DNA from: Mobula hypostoma
Taxonomy: Eukaryota
Reading direction: 5' to 3'
Assembly: GCF_963921235.1 (NCBI RefSeq)
Contig: NC_086097.1
Span: forward strand, 10,044,001 to 10,108,000
DNA: 64,000 nt
Of the stretch, positions 26,887 through 38,974 are shown piece after piece; within the stretch, counting starts at the first letter, position 1; each line of letters starts with the position of its first letter. The notes beneath the pieces are model-generated. The model saw only the letters and a list, made by a program, of their open reading frames with translations, searched no databases and was not told the origin of the DNA. The position numbers were made by a program, and so were the translations under genes.

Positions 26887-27142
26887 TGTTATGTTTTGTA
26901 ACTTGAAGACATTAAATAATTAAAAGGGAGACACGTGCGTTTGTGTTTACTTTAACTGAGGTACCCACATATCACATGTTAGTGTAATGATGCATGTAGT
27001 TCATGCATTTATACATATAATCTGTAAGGAATTTTTAAAATGAACGTGAAAGATTAATCAGCGCACGTGCACACACACACACACATACACAAACATATAT
27101 ACAAGATTACTCAAATAATCCTGAAACATTAAATAAACAACA
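26887..27142 (-). mobile_element. Probable short solo LTR
   Basis: TGTTA...CAACA termini; no TSD visible, as a CR1 abuts the right end. Confidence 0.4.
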
Positions 27143-28220
27143 GCAGTGGTTGGATGGGAGACGCCAGAGAGTGGTGGTGGATAAATGTTTGTCAGATTGG
27201 AGGCTGGTGACTAGTGGTGTGCCTCAGGGATCTGTACTGGGTCCAATGTTGTTTGTCATATATATTAGAGATCTGGATGATGGGGTGTAAATTGGATTAG
27301 TAAGTATGCAGATAATACTAAGAAAGGTGGAGTTGTGGATAATGAAGCAGGTTTTCAAAGCTTGCAGAGAGATTTAGGCCAGTTAGAAGAGTGGGCTGAA
27401 AGATGGCAGATGGAGTTTAATGCTGATAAATGTGAGATGCTACATTTTGGTAGGATTAATCAAAATAGGACATACATGGTAAATGGTAGGGCATTGAAGA
27501 ATGCAGTAGAACAGAGGGTTCTACGTATAATGGTGCATAGTTCCCCGAAGGTGGAATCTCATTTGGATAGGGTGGTGACGAAAGCTTTTAGTATGCTGGC
27601 CTTCATAAATCAGAGCATTGAGTACAGGAGTTGGGATGTAATGTTGAAATTGTACAAGGCATTGGTGAGGCCAAATTTGGAGTATTGTGTACAGTTCTGG
27701 TCACTGAATTATAGGAAAGTTGTCAACAAAATAGAGAGAGTACAGAGAAGATTTACTAGAATGTAACCTGAATTCATCACCTAAGTTACAGAGAAAGGTT
27801 GAACAAGTTGGGTCTTTATTCTTTGGAACGTAGAAGGTTGAGGGGGTACTTGATAGAGGTGTTTTAAATTATGAGGGGGATAGATAGAGTTGACGTGGAT
27901 AGGCTTTTTCCATGGGGGGGGGGAGATTCAAACAAGAGGACATGAGTTGAGAGTTAAAGGGCAAAAGTTTAGGGGTAACATGAGGGGGAACTTCTTTACT
28001 CAGAGAGTGGTAGCTGTGTGGAATGAGTTTCCAGCAGAAGTGGTTGAGGCAGGTTCGATGTTGTCATTTAAAGTTAAATTGGACAGCTATATGGACAGGA
28101 AAGGAATGGAGGGTTATGGGCTGAGTGCAGGTCGGTGAGACTAGGTGAGAGTAAGAGTTCAGCACGGACTAGAAGGGCGGAGATGGCCTGTTTCCATACT
28201 GTAATTGTTATATAGTTATA
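27143..28220 (+). mobile_element. 5'-truncated CR1 LINE
   Basis: [43 protein letters not shown]; same 3' end as 19135-19285 and 29600-29820. Confidence 0.92.
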
Positions 28221-28424
28221 AGGTTGACAGGTTTCCACAACTTGGCTTTAACAGTAAACATTTGATTTAAACGAAACCAGCCCTGCAAACTATGATATAC
28301 AGTACATATGCTAGAGAAGAGTCAGGCAATGGTCATATACTGTGAAATTGAATGGCATTACTCTCTCTGAACTGCCCACCATCAACACCTCAGAGTTACT
28401 ATTGACCTGACCGGAACCTGAAGC

Positions 28425-28685
28425 AGTTCATTTATTATTGAGAGATACAGCATGATAACAGGCCTTTCTAGCCCAACCAAGCCTGTTCTGCTTCATTACA
28501 CACTTCTCACCCATTAGCCTACTAACTGTACGTTTTTGAAATGCTGGAGAAAACCAGAGCACCCGGAGGAAACCCTCGCAGTCATGGGGAGAATGTTCAA
28601 GCTCCTTGCAGACAGTGCCGGAATTCAGCCAGGGTAACTGATTTTGTTGCTGTCATTGCTTTACACCACCATGCCACTACGCAGC
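28425..28685 (-). mobile_element. HE1-like SINE
   Basis: Reverse V-core aaaccagagcacccggaggaaaccc. Confidence 0.75.
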
Positions 28686-29391
28686 CATGTAAAGACTGCA
28701 GGTCAGAGTCTAATTATTCTATGCCGTTAATTCACCTTTTGACACTTCAAAGCTTTCCACCATCTCCAAGGCACAAGTCAGGAACTTGTCTGGATAACTG
28801 CAGCACCAATGACATTCAAAATGCTCAATGTATCCAGGAAAGCAGCCAATTAAACACATAGGCCCTACACCAGTATTACACAGAGGCTGCAATGCCTTCC
28901 ACTCCATTTACATGGAATGCACTGGCTAAGATTTCAAATTCTATGTAGTGAGGTATTTTAATTTAGCAGTTTTCTGTAAAATTAGTGTGTCATGCTGGTA
29001 AGAGTGTTTTGGATTCAGCTAAAGATAAGGAGCCATGTTGTCCAACTTAGGAATGCGAGCTGGGCCGAAAGTTTGCAGACCTTTTGGCTCCAATCGAGAA
29101 GCCCTCATCAGTATGCAGTTCAGGGTATTGTCTCCTCAGAATGCCAGCATACATACTCCTCCAGGATCCAAATGGATATTGATTGGACATCATGATCTGG
29201 TTGTCTGGACCTCAGAGGAATATATATACTGCATCGTTAGGGTCCTAAGACATTTACACAGTCCTGTATTTGTCAATGTGGAGTAGAGAGAATTTGTAAA
29301 TCTGGTGGTAACAAAAAAAAGGAAATTGCCTTTTAAACTCACGAGGGAGCATAGGCCATCAACTTTTAGCTGTTGATGTTTCTGTAGCAGG

Positions 29392-29535
29392 CAATTTCTT
29401 TTTTACGAGGTCGAGTTGCTAGCTCAACGCTCAACCCAGCACGGATGGAAAGCGTGCCAGGGGAGTCGGCTGGGTTTGAACTCGGGAGCCTTCGCTCCGA
29501 AGTCCAGCGCTGATGCCACTACGCCACCAGCCGGC
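29392..29535 (-). mobile_element. Short CpG-rich tRNA-derived SINE
   Basis: A box TGGCGTAGTGG, B box GAGTTCAAACC, anticodon-like CT-TCG-GA; body ends gagctagcaactcgacctcgtaaaaaa. Confidence 0.75.
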
Positions 29536-29599
29536 CTGGCGGGAACAAAAGATGTTGGGAATGGTGAGGGTGGAGCACCGTGGGAGAGGTGTGAGACAT

Positions 29600-29820
29600 A
29601 TAACCATATCACCATATACCAATTACAGCATGGAAACAGGCCATCTCGGCCCTTCTAGTCCGTGCCAAACTCCTACTCTCACCTAGTCCTACCGACCTGC
29701 ACTCAGTCCATAACCCTCCATTCCCTTCCTGTCCATATATCTATCCAATTTAACTTTAAACAACAACATCGAACCTGCCTCAACTACTTCTGCTGAAAGC
29801 TCGTTCCACACAGCCACCAC
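29600..29820 (-). mobile_element. CR1 3' terminal fragment
   Basis: VVAVWNELSAEVVEAG...GMEGYG, near-identical to 28010-28220. Confidence 0.9.
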
Positions 29821-30212
29821 ATGTGGCAGAAAAGGAGTGCCAGGAGTGGGGGGAGGGTGCAGGTGCAGATAGATAGATACCCCCAGCCCTGATACACCAG
29901 GCAAGGTCATTTGATTCCAAAAAGTTCATTTGTTGATCATTACAGAATGTCTCTCTGGTGCTTCCTGCTCCCTCCGCTCTCCCTTCACCTTTTCACATTC
30001 ATGATTTCCCTCTCCCTGTCCCCTTCCCACTCTCAGTCCACACTAGAGACTCATATTAGAATCGAGTTTATCATCATTCACATCTATCATGAAATTAGTT
30101 TTTTTTTCGCTGCAGCAGTACAGTGCAATACATAAAATTACTACAGTACTGAGCAAAAGTATTAGGTACCCTAGCTATATATATATATATCTAAGACTTT
30201 TGAACAGTATTG
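29821..30212. mobile_element. Second, left-truncated copy of the composite Tc1-type MITE
   Basis: Similar to 15150-15462; TA-flanked palindrome cagtactgagcaaaagtattagg...ctaagacttttgaacagtattg at 30144-30212. Confidence 0.6.
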
Positions 30213-30780
30213 TACATACAGTAATCTATAATATTCACATCTCCCAAACTTGCAACCACCCACCAGGATAAAGATAGCAGGTGAAAAGGGGAACTACCAG
30301 CTGAACATTTCCCTTCTGGGTATTTACCATCCATTACCATCTCGATTTTGAAATCCTGCCACTGTTCGTTTGTTCCTACTGAGTCTAAAATCTGGAATTC
30401 TCCAGTTAATAGAACTCTAGGAGTTCCTTCAACAGGGATCTCAGCATCAGAATTAGGTTTAATATGGAAGTGGTTCAAAATGGTGGCTCAGGGCCCATTT
30501 AACAAGGGCAGTTAGAGATGGGCTATAAACACTGGCACTGCCAAGAGCAACCACACTCCGAAAAGAAAAATGTGATCTAAGTACTATCTCTGATGAACAC
30601 ATACCACTGTGATTTTTTTTAAAGTTTAATTCAATTCAAGTTTAATTGTCATTTGACAATACATGAATGCTCATGAGTACAGCCAAACAAGACAGTGTTC
30701 TCTGGGGCCAAGGTGCAAATCACAGTGCCTGTAGTCACACAGCACAAAGCACACATAGCACCTACAAGATAGCAAGCACA

Positions 30781-32650
30781 TATTGGTATTAACTGGGTTA
30801 ACTGTCTGGACACACACCTCTGCTGATGGCCCCAGTGGCTCCTCCCACAGAGTCCTGTATAAAGTTGTTTCGCCTTGCCCCTCCCCCTCACTCCGGGGGC
30901 AGACACTCACCGTGGAGGTCGTATTGTACAACGAATAAAAGCCTTTCGGTATTTTACCTAACCTCAATCTTTTGGAGTTATTGAAGGGGCGGCAGTTGGC
31001 ATGGTGTTGGGTGGGACGTGCGGGTTGATGTGTGTGTGTGTGTGTGTGTGTGTGTGGTCAGTAGTGGGGTATGTGACGTATCCCTACAAAACTGGGGATT
31101 TACGACAGTAATTGGTGGGAGGGGCCCATCATACTTCATTGTCACGCTTTTCAGGTGGCTCTGGAAGTCGAGCCCCAATAGCACAGGGGCACACAATTGA
31201 GGCATAACCAGTAACGTAAAGTCTTGATAGTGCCCTGCACCACTAGCGTCGCTACACAACCCCCCGGATGTCTGTTGTATGCGACCCAGAAGTCATGGTG
31301 ACCCTCTGACTTACCGGCCGTATCACGAGTCCGCAATGCTGCACCGTGTCCGGGTGGATAAAACTCTCCATGCTGCCCGTGTCAAACAGGCAGCTTGTCC
31401 TGCGCCCCTCCACCAGGATGTCCATCATCGACCTTGCGAGCCGGTGGGGAGCGCTTTGGTCGAGGGTCACGGAGGCCACGGTTTAGCCGCTGCCTTGGTC
31501 CGGCGCGGTGAGGTGCCCCGTGAGTACCTGTTAGTCGTAGGCAGTGGGAGGTGGCGCCGACGAAGATGGCAGCCCCTATGTCTCGCACGTGGTGGCGGCG
31601 TGCAGGGAAAACGGCGGCACCCATGTTTCGCATGCGGCGCTGCTCGATCCCACTTGCAGTTTGGACTTACAGACCTTCGTAAAGTGGCCCTTCTTTCCGC
31701 AGCTGGAGCAGGTAACTTCTCAGGCCGAGCAGCGTTTCCAAGAGTGCTTCTCGCGTCCGCAGAAGTAGCACTTCGCGGACTCGCGACTGGTGGCAGCCGA
31801 GGTCGATTCACTGGCGGGTTGCGGGGTCTGCGGCGCCCACGAGGCTATCGGGGGGGATCGCGTGCCTGGAGAGCCTCAGAGTTACGCAGAGTGGTCTCCA
31901 GCATGTCGGCCTGCTCGATCGCCGAACTTAAGGTAAGATCGGCTTTTTCCAACAGCTGCTGGCGCACATACCCAGACCCGGTTCCCGTGACGAAGGCGTC
32001 TCTCACTAGGAGCTCTGCGTGCTGCGCCGCCGTCAGCTCCTGGCAATTGCAGGCCCGCATGAGCGTCTGTAGGGCTCAGATAAACTCAGAACTCGATTCC
32101 CCAGGCCGTTGTTGCCGTGTCGCTAAGCGGTGCCGAGCATAGATGCTGTTTATCGGTCGCAGGTATTGTACTTGGAGGGTGATCATCGCGCCGTCGTAGC
32201 TCGGCTGGTCTCTAATCAGCGAATAGACCCGTGGACTGACCCTGGAGAGTAGAACTCCACGCTTCGCTACGGGGTCAGTCGCTTTAATCTCCTCTAGGTA
32301 CGCTTCGAAGCAGGCCAGCCAGAGTTCGAAAGTGTTTCCAGCTTCAGATGTTTGCGGATCGAGGTCTAATTTGTCGGGTCTCAGTGTGTGTTCCATGCTT
32401 TAAAATGTATAGCGACTAAAATTGAAGCACCTTCAATAACTCCAAAAGACTGAGGTTAGGTAAAATACCGAAAGGCTTTTATTCGCTGTACAATACGACC
32501 TCCACGGTGAGTGTCTGCCCCCGGACTGAGAGGGAGGGGCAAGGTAAAACACCTTTATACAGGATTCTGTGGGAGGAGCCACAGGGGCAGTCAGCAGAGG
32601 GGCATGTCCAGACAGGTAACCGAGTTACAACATATATATGGTTTACCACA
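30781..32650 (-). mobile_element. Ty3/Gypsy LTR-gag-protease segment with inverted LTR copies
   Basis: Minus-strand LTR 32650-32422 (TGTGG...TTCA); gag MEHTLRPDKLDLDP; knuckles CYFCGREKHSWKRC and CSSCGKKGHFTKVC; protease LFDTGS...LLGLDF; plus-strand LTR copy 30781-30987. Confidence 0.9.
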
Positions 32651-32659
32651 CAGTCACAC

Positions 32660-33635
32660 AATAAAAGAGTCCAAACTCGAGCCATTAATCGACAGTCGGT
32701 CACAATAGAGCTTGTCTTCTGCTGATCGAACATAGGGGGCAGCACCACCTCTAGCCGGGACATCATGCCACATCATCCCGGTGGAGGACACCAGCCCCGA
32801 TGCCTCTCTCCCAGTGACAGTAAACAGGTGACACCAGTCTAATCCTCATATATACAAGATTACAAGAACACATACAATATCATTAAAATACAACCATGCA
32901 AAATATATACACTGTATAAAAATAGTCCAGAATCTTCAGTCTACCACCACAGAGATCGTCTTCTGCTGCGTGAAAACTGCGGGGGCAGCACTGATTCCAG
33001 TCCGGTTGCTGTGCCACACTGACTCGACGCCTCTTTCTAGGTGGCTGTGAACAGGCAACACTATATCTTGAGGCCCTGAGTCCATTTGAGTGCTGAAGAA
33101 ATCTGCAGTCAACCAGAACAGGGCCTCTCTTTAGCTGAGTGAACGTTGGGAAGGCAACACCAACTTCAGCCTCGCTGCTGGGGCTCATCATCCCCACTGG
33201 AGCACACCGGCTCGGATGCCTCTCTCTAGCAGCTGTAAACAGGTAACGCTGTGGTTTGAGGTCTAATCCTCACTACAATCAAGGCCACGGAACTCACCCG
33301 CCATCCGCCCCGATTTCCATCAATAAATCAGTCAATCAGACTTCCAGCGTACCACACTAACAATGTCCAAAAAGGTCTTGCGATCACAAGCAAAGCAACC
33401 AAGACAGTCACTCGCTAGTAGATTGTACGCCTGCATCTACTCAGACAGCATCTCAATGCGTAGCTCCTTCATTTTCCCCACCAGCGTGCAAACTATTCAG
33501 GGTGCAGACCTGCAGTACTTTAATTTCTTAGTGTAGAGCAGGATCTTGAGATCATTAAAGTATGTTTAAATAGGATCATAACACCTTTTGTTGACCCCAT
33601 AGAAGCCGCTCCTACCGAACATGCCGCCAATTTTG
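32660..33635 (-). mobile_element. Non-coding Rex1-associated repeat with internal duplication
   Basis: 32700-32850 resembles 33100-33270; similar to 17580-18015; minus 5' end aaattggcggc; its tail (30625-30780) lies across the Gypsy insertion. Confidence 0.45.
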
Positions 33636-34764
33636 CCGGGGCTTGCTGAGCTTGGCAATTATTTTGCAGACTGGTGATTATTTATCGCCAGTGGAGGTGG
33701 TACCACCAGTGCATAGTTGTTGGTGTTTCTCTCAGGGCGTGCTGCGCTTATACAATCCCCCTGTTTACTTGCCTCGGTCCTGATTAGCTACCGCTTCAGT
33801 TGACCTTAGAATTCTGTTGGCTCGGTTTCTTTGCTCTTAGCTGCTTTTTGATGCTGTCTATGTCTATATGCCTGTTTACGGAGTTATCAGAAGAGAACCA
33901 TTTTTCAGAGAGAAATTCGTCCAACTGCACACTGAGGATGTCACCGCGACTGGTGAAACAGCTGCAAGCTAATTGCCAAGCTCTGCGAACATCGCAAAAT
34001 CAAACTCCTCGGCCAGAGCTACCAACATTCACCTCTTTTCCATTGAGACAAACAAAACAAATTTCAGACTGTGCTCATTACGAGAACAATTTTCTATCAA
34101 TTTTCTTTGCTATTCATGGTTAAATAATGAATGCGATTAAATTGTAGACGGGAGTGGATCAATTACGCAGGGATGGGAAATTTAAAACTGCATCAATGTT
34201 ACAAGAGCTTACATCAGGTGCCTTTGTAACATGCGAACTACAGGGTCAAAGATGTTTCAATTATTCGTTCATTTGCTTTTTATTCATAAGTGCGCTTTTA
34301 TTTCACAAAATTATCAATTGAAGTGAACACTTTTTAAAAGGATCAGAAGGTGCAAAATCAGAAAGAATTTAATTATGGTTATACACCAACTATTATCAGA
34401 CTAGCAGAGAGAGCAATTTTCATTACAAAATTACTTGTGGTCAGAACTAAGTCAGAATCAGATTCAGAATTAGGTTTATTATCATTGATTTATACATCAT
34501 GAAATCTGTTTGCTTGCAGGAGCAGTACAGTGCAAACAATGAATTTATTAGAAATTACAAACTTTAAAATATAATGCAAAACAGGGAAAACTGTACCAGA
34601 GCCATGTTCCTTCCACAGTCTTGTGTAGGTCAAAACAATCTTGCCAAGCTGCCATCATTCCACACCATGAGCCTTTAGAAAACCCTCTGTATTTTCTTAC
34701 AAAGAAAGATCTCCTACCACGCCCTACTTCTTCAGTGTCACCAAGAGGTCATGGCCACAATCAT

Positions 34765-35035
34765 CATGAGGAAATGTTGAGTTGGACTGTACACGTGATG
34801 AGAAGTAAGGCCAACTCCATCATCAAGACAGCACTTCACTGGACCCCTGAAGGGCAGAGGAAGCACAGGAGACCAAAGGCAACTTGGCACCGTACTGCAG
34901 AAGCAGAAATGAGGATGCTGAACCACGCCTGGGGTACAATAGAGAAGATGGCAAGGACTGACAGAGATGGGGGACTTTCATTGCTGCCCTGAACACAAGC
35001 AGCACTGCAGGCCTGAGATGCATAAGTAAGTAGTG
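34765..35035 (+). mobile_element. RTE-group LINE 3' end
   Basis: HVMRSKANSIIKTALHWTPEGQRKHRRPKATWHRT; (gtaa)n tail. Confidence 0.75.
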
Positions 35036-35584
35036 TTCATTAGAATTCCGATGGCAGAGCTGATCCCAATTTGTTAAGAAAGGATAAATAGTCTAAGCCA
35101 TATTTCAAAGCAAAAAATTTGTAAATTTTGAGCCCATCTGGTCATTAAGGAAGCAGAAGTTTTCCTTCCACATGACATGATTTCTCCACAGGAACATTTG
35201 AGGACATTATGAAGTAGGTGAAGGGATCAATGATGAAATTAGTTCAACAACCCAACAATATAATCAGACACAGAAGCTGATAATGAAGAGTTATGAGTCA
35301 TATTAAGACACGGGAAAGGATTTAAGTTCCTGTTGAGAGCTGTGTTTACTCCCTATAAAAGGTATGAAGTGGCAGAGTGCGCGAGTGCAAAAATTAGGCA
35401 AACATAAAGGGAAGTAAGTTGAGGTCTTCATTTCTTGAACAATGTCCAATTCTTAAGGATTACCAGAACCACTATGCTCTGGAACCAATCAAAAGATATT
35501 GAATCTTGCATCTTCCAGAACAAAGTCAACTTCTTAAGAATTATCAGAATAGGCAGAACAGACCAAGAATATTGAATATCAAAG

Positions 35585-35880
35585 GACAATATAGAGTGGG
35601 TGTGAAAAGTCTGATTCCTTTTGTGGGGTAGTCTAGGACCAGAAGGCATAGCCTCAAAATAGAGGGACATCCATTTTGAACAGATATGAGGAGGAATTTA
35701 TTTAACCAGAGAGTGATGAATCTGTGGAATTTGTTGCCACGAGTGGCTGTGGAGTCCAGGTCACTGGGTGGATTGAAGGTGGAGGTTGAAAGGTTCTTGA
35801 TTAGTCAGAGAGTGAAAACTTACAAGGAGAAGGCAGGAGAGTGGGGTTGAGAGGGAAATGGATCAGCCAGGACTGATGGA
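35585..35880 (+). mobile_element. CR1 3' fragment
   Basis: RTRRHSLKIEGHPF, FNQRVMNLWNLLP. Confidence 0.85.
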
Positions 35881-36240
35881 TCAACCAACCACTCTGGCCT
35901 CTTATCTCTTCTCACCTGCCTATCACCTCCCCCTGAGTCCCCCTCCTACTTCCCTTCCTCTTGTGGCCTACTCTCCTCTCCTATCAGATTCCTTCCTCTT
36001 CTTCAGCCCTTTGCCTTTCCTACCCACTTAGTTTCACCTATCACCTTCTAGCGAGCCTCCTTCCCCTCCCCCACCTTTTTATTCTGGCGCCTTCCCCTTC
36101 CTTTCCAGTCCTGAAAAAGGGTCTCAGCCTAAAATGTGGACTATTTATTCATCTTCATAGGCACTGCCTGACCTGCTGGGTTCTTCCAGCATTTTGTGTG
36201 TGTTGCTTTGGATTTCCATTTGCAGTCTTTCTTATGTTTA
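35881..36240 (+). mobile_element. Penelope-like 3' UTR/pLTR fragment
   Basis: Pyrimidine-rich UTR as at 16100-16450; decayed hammerhead gtcctgaaaaagggtctcagcctaaaatgtggact. Confidence 0.75.
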
Positions 36241-36411
36241 TAGTTAAGTATGTTCTGTTATCTATTAATTTTTTTGGTCACTTTGTTGGATTGGATAATT
36301 GTGCATCTCAGTCTTTTTCAGAATCAGAATTAGATTTATTGTCTCTGGCATAGGTCATGAAAGTTGTTGTTTTGCGGCAGGAGTACAGTTCAGGCATAAC
36401 AAATTGCTGTA

Positions 36412-36714
36412 TAGGCATCCGTTAGTCTCGTGAGACCATGGATTTGCACCTTGGAAGGTTTCCAGGGCACAGGCCTGGGCAAGGTTGTATGGAAGACCAG
36501 CAGTTGCCCATGCTGCAAGTTTCCCCTCTCCACGCCACCGATGTTGTCCAAGGGAAGGGCACTAGGGCCGATACAGATTGGCACCAGTGTCGTCGCAGAG
36601 CAATGTATGGTTAAGTGCCTTGCTCAAGGACACAACACGCTGCCTCAGCTGAGGCTCAAACTAGCAACCTTCAGATCACTAGACCGATGTCTTAACCACT
36701 TGGCCACACGTCAA
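36412..36714 (-). mobile_element. tRNA-CORE SINE with RTE-like 3' end, inserted in a Rex1 tail
   Basis: A box TGGCCAAGTGG, CORE-like gtgtccttgagcaaggcacttaacc; TSD cataacaaattgctgta / cacaacaaattgctata. Confidence 0.75.
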
Positions 36715-36999
36715 CACAACAAATTGCTATAAGTTACGATATAGAAATAGACAGATACATGCAAAAGAGGAATAGCGAGGTGGTGTTCATGAATTACGGA
36801 CTGTCCATAAATCTGATGATGCAGAGGTAGAAACTGTTCATAACCTGTTGATTGAGGATCTTCAGGCTCCTGTAACTCCCCTCTGATGGTAGTAATAAGA
36901 AGAAGGAATGTCCTGGATGATCAGGATCCTTCATGATGGAGGCCATATTTTGAGGCACTGCTGGTTGAAGATTATAATATTCTTGATTGAGTCATAAGG

Positions 37000-37430
37000 A
37001 AAGATTGAATATATTAAGACTTTATTACTTGGAACATAGAAGACTGAGTGGAGATTTGATAGAGGTGTTCAAAATTATGAGGAGTATAAACAGGGTAAAT
37101 GTAAGGACACTTTTTCCACTGAGGTTGGGTGGGACTACAACCAGAGGTAAAGGGTTAAGGGGTTAAGGGTGAAAGGTGAAAAGTTGAAGGGGCAAATGAG
37201 GGGAAATGTCTTCACTCACAGGGGCATGAGAGCTTGGAACAAGGTGCCAAAACAGGTGGCTCATGCAAGCTAAACTTCAACCTTTAAACAAAGTTTGGAT
37301 AAAGAGGTGGATGGTTGGGGTATGGAGGGCTATGGTCCCAGTGCAGGCACTTTAAATGGTTCGACACAGACTGGATGGGCCGAAGGGCCTGTTTCTATTC
37401 TGTACTTAACTATGACTCTATGACTCCAAG
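37000..37430 (+). mobile_element. CR1 3' fragment
   Basis: RRLSGDLIEVFKIMRS; (ctatgact)n tail. Confidence 0.85.
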
Positions 37431-37469
37431 CCTCTAAAGTCTCTGAAGATCTTCTATATTGGAGTCTCT

Positions 37470-37990
37470 ATACCAAAATATGATGCAAGCAATCAGAATA
37501 ATCTCCACAGTAAGTCAGTAGAAATTTGCTGAAGTCTTTAGTAACATACCAAATCTCCTCAAACTCCCAATGAAGCAGAGCCACTGGCATGCTGTTATCA
37601 TGATGGCATCAATATGTTGGACACAGGCTAGATCCTCTGAGACGTGGATAACCCAGAACTTGAAGCTGCTCACCCTTTCCTGCACAGACCTCTCAATGAA
37701 GACTGGTGTATGTCTACTTCCTGAAGACAACAATCAGTTCTTTGATCTTGCTGACATTGAATGCAAGATTTTTACTGCAACATTACCTGTAGTCAGGTAT
37801 AGTCTATGTCACTATATGAGATTCTACCAGCAACAGCAGTGTCATTGGCGAATAGCTGACATTTGAGCTGTGCCCAGTCACACTGTCATGAGCAAAGAGG
37901 AAATAGAGCAGTTGTATGAAGGTGCACCTGTGCTAGTTGTCAACAAGAAGGATATGTTCTAATTGGATGTTCCAATCAAAAATGTTATAA
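37470..37990 (-). mobile_element. Rex1/Babar RT fragment
   Basis: ERVSSFKFWVIHVSEDL...QHIDAI...SLRRFGM. Confidence 0.8.
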
Positions 37991-38030
37991 GAAGAAGGCG
38001 TGCTGGTGAGAACTGAGGAGAGAAGCAGGG

Positions 38031-38031
38031 T

Positions 38032-38073
<42 letters not shown>
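38031..38073. repeat. (GT)n microsatellite
   Basis: About 20 GT units. Confidence 0.95.
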
Positions 38074-38075
<2 letters not shown>

Positions 38076-38974
38076 TGAGTGAGAGATTATAAGAGAATAA
38101 ACACACATGTGAGGTGGGAAGTTTGGGCTGCGAGGGAAACAGATCGGCCATGATGAAATAGTAGAGCAGACTCGATGAGCCAAAGAGTGTAATTCTGCTC
38201 CTATTTCTTATGCTCTTGAGGTTTTATGGTCTTGTTCTGGAGGGGTAATCAATGAAGAAGGCATCTTTCTGAATTTGCCATTGAGAATGAAATTTAAGAA
38301 GGGAAAAAGACAAAAGAAGAGGAAATTATCAACCAGTTAGCCTAACCTCAGTGGATGGGAAAGTGTTTGAGTCCATTATTAAAGATGAGTTATTGGGTCC
38401 ATGTCCATATACCATATTTAAGTTAAATATACAGTATATGTAACAAAAAGCAGTATAAAGCTGACTTTCATATAGTATACTAAACACTGCAGTGCACAAG
38501 AGTGGAAGCTATGCTAAATTACACAAAGCACCGGTTAAATTCACCTAAAGCAGAACAACAGAGTTCTGGACACTGCATTCCAAGAAGGAGTAATTGGCTT
38601 AGAAGGGAAAGCAATTTAGAAAATAGAACATAGAACAGTACAACACAGGAATAGTCCCTTTGGCTCACAATGTCATGGCAAACTAATTTAGTAATCCAAT
38701 GCTCAGATATAGACTAAACACATCTGCCTGTGCAGTGTCTGTATCTTTTCATTCCCTGTACTTTCGCATGTCTATCTATGAGCCTCTTGACTGTCTCTAT
38801 TGTACTTACCTCCACCACCACCCCAGGCAGCGCATACCAGGCAGACACAAATCTATGTGTAAAACCATGTCTTCTTTGTATTTGCTACCCTCATCTTAAA
38901 TGCCTGCCATCTGAAACAAGAGATTTCAATCTTAGGGAAAAGATACTGTCTAACCGACTGATGTCTCTTAATGT

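Noticed and set aside
29460..29535. Functional tRNA gene
   Set aside because: Acceptor stem does not close well and it runs into a SINE body and A-rich tail
31279..32142. 287-aa GC-rich plus-strand ORF
   Set aside because: Antisense shadow of Gypsy gag-protease
33800..34123. 107-aa ORF with hydrophobic N-terminus
   Set aside because: Starts at TTG, no recognisable family; region noted only as a possible regulatory segment
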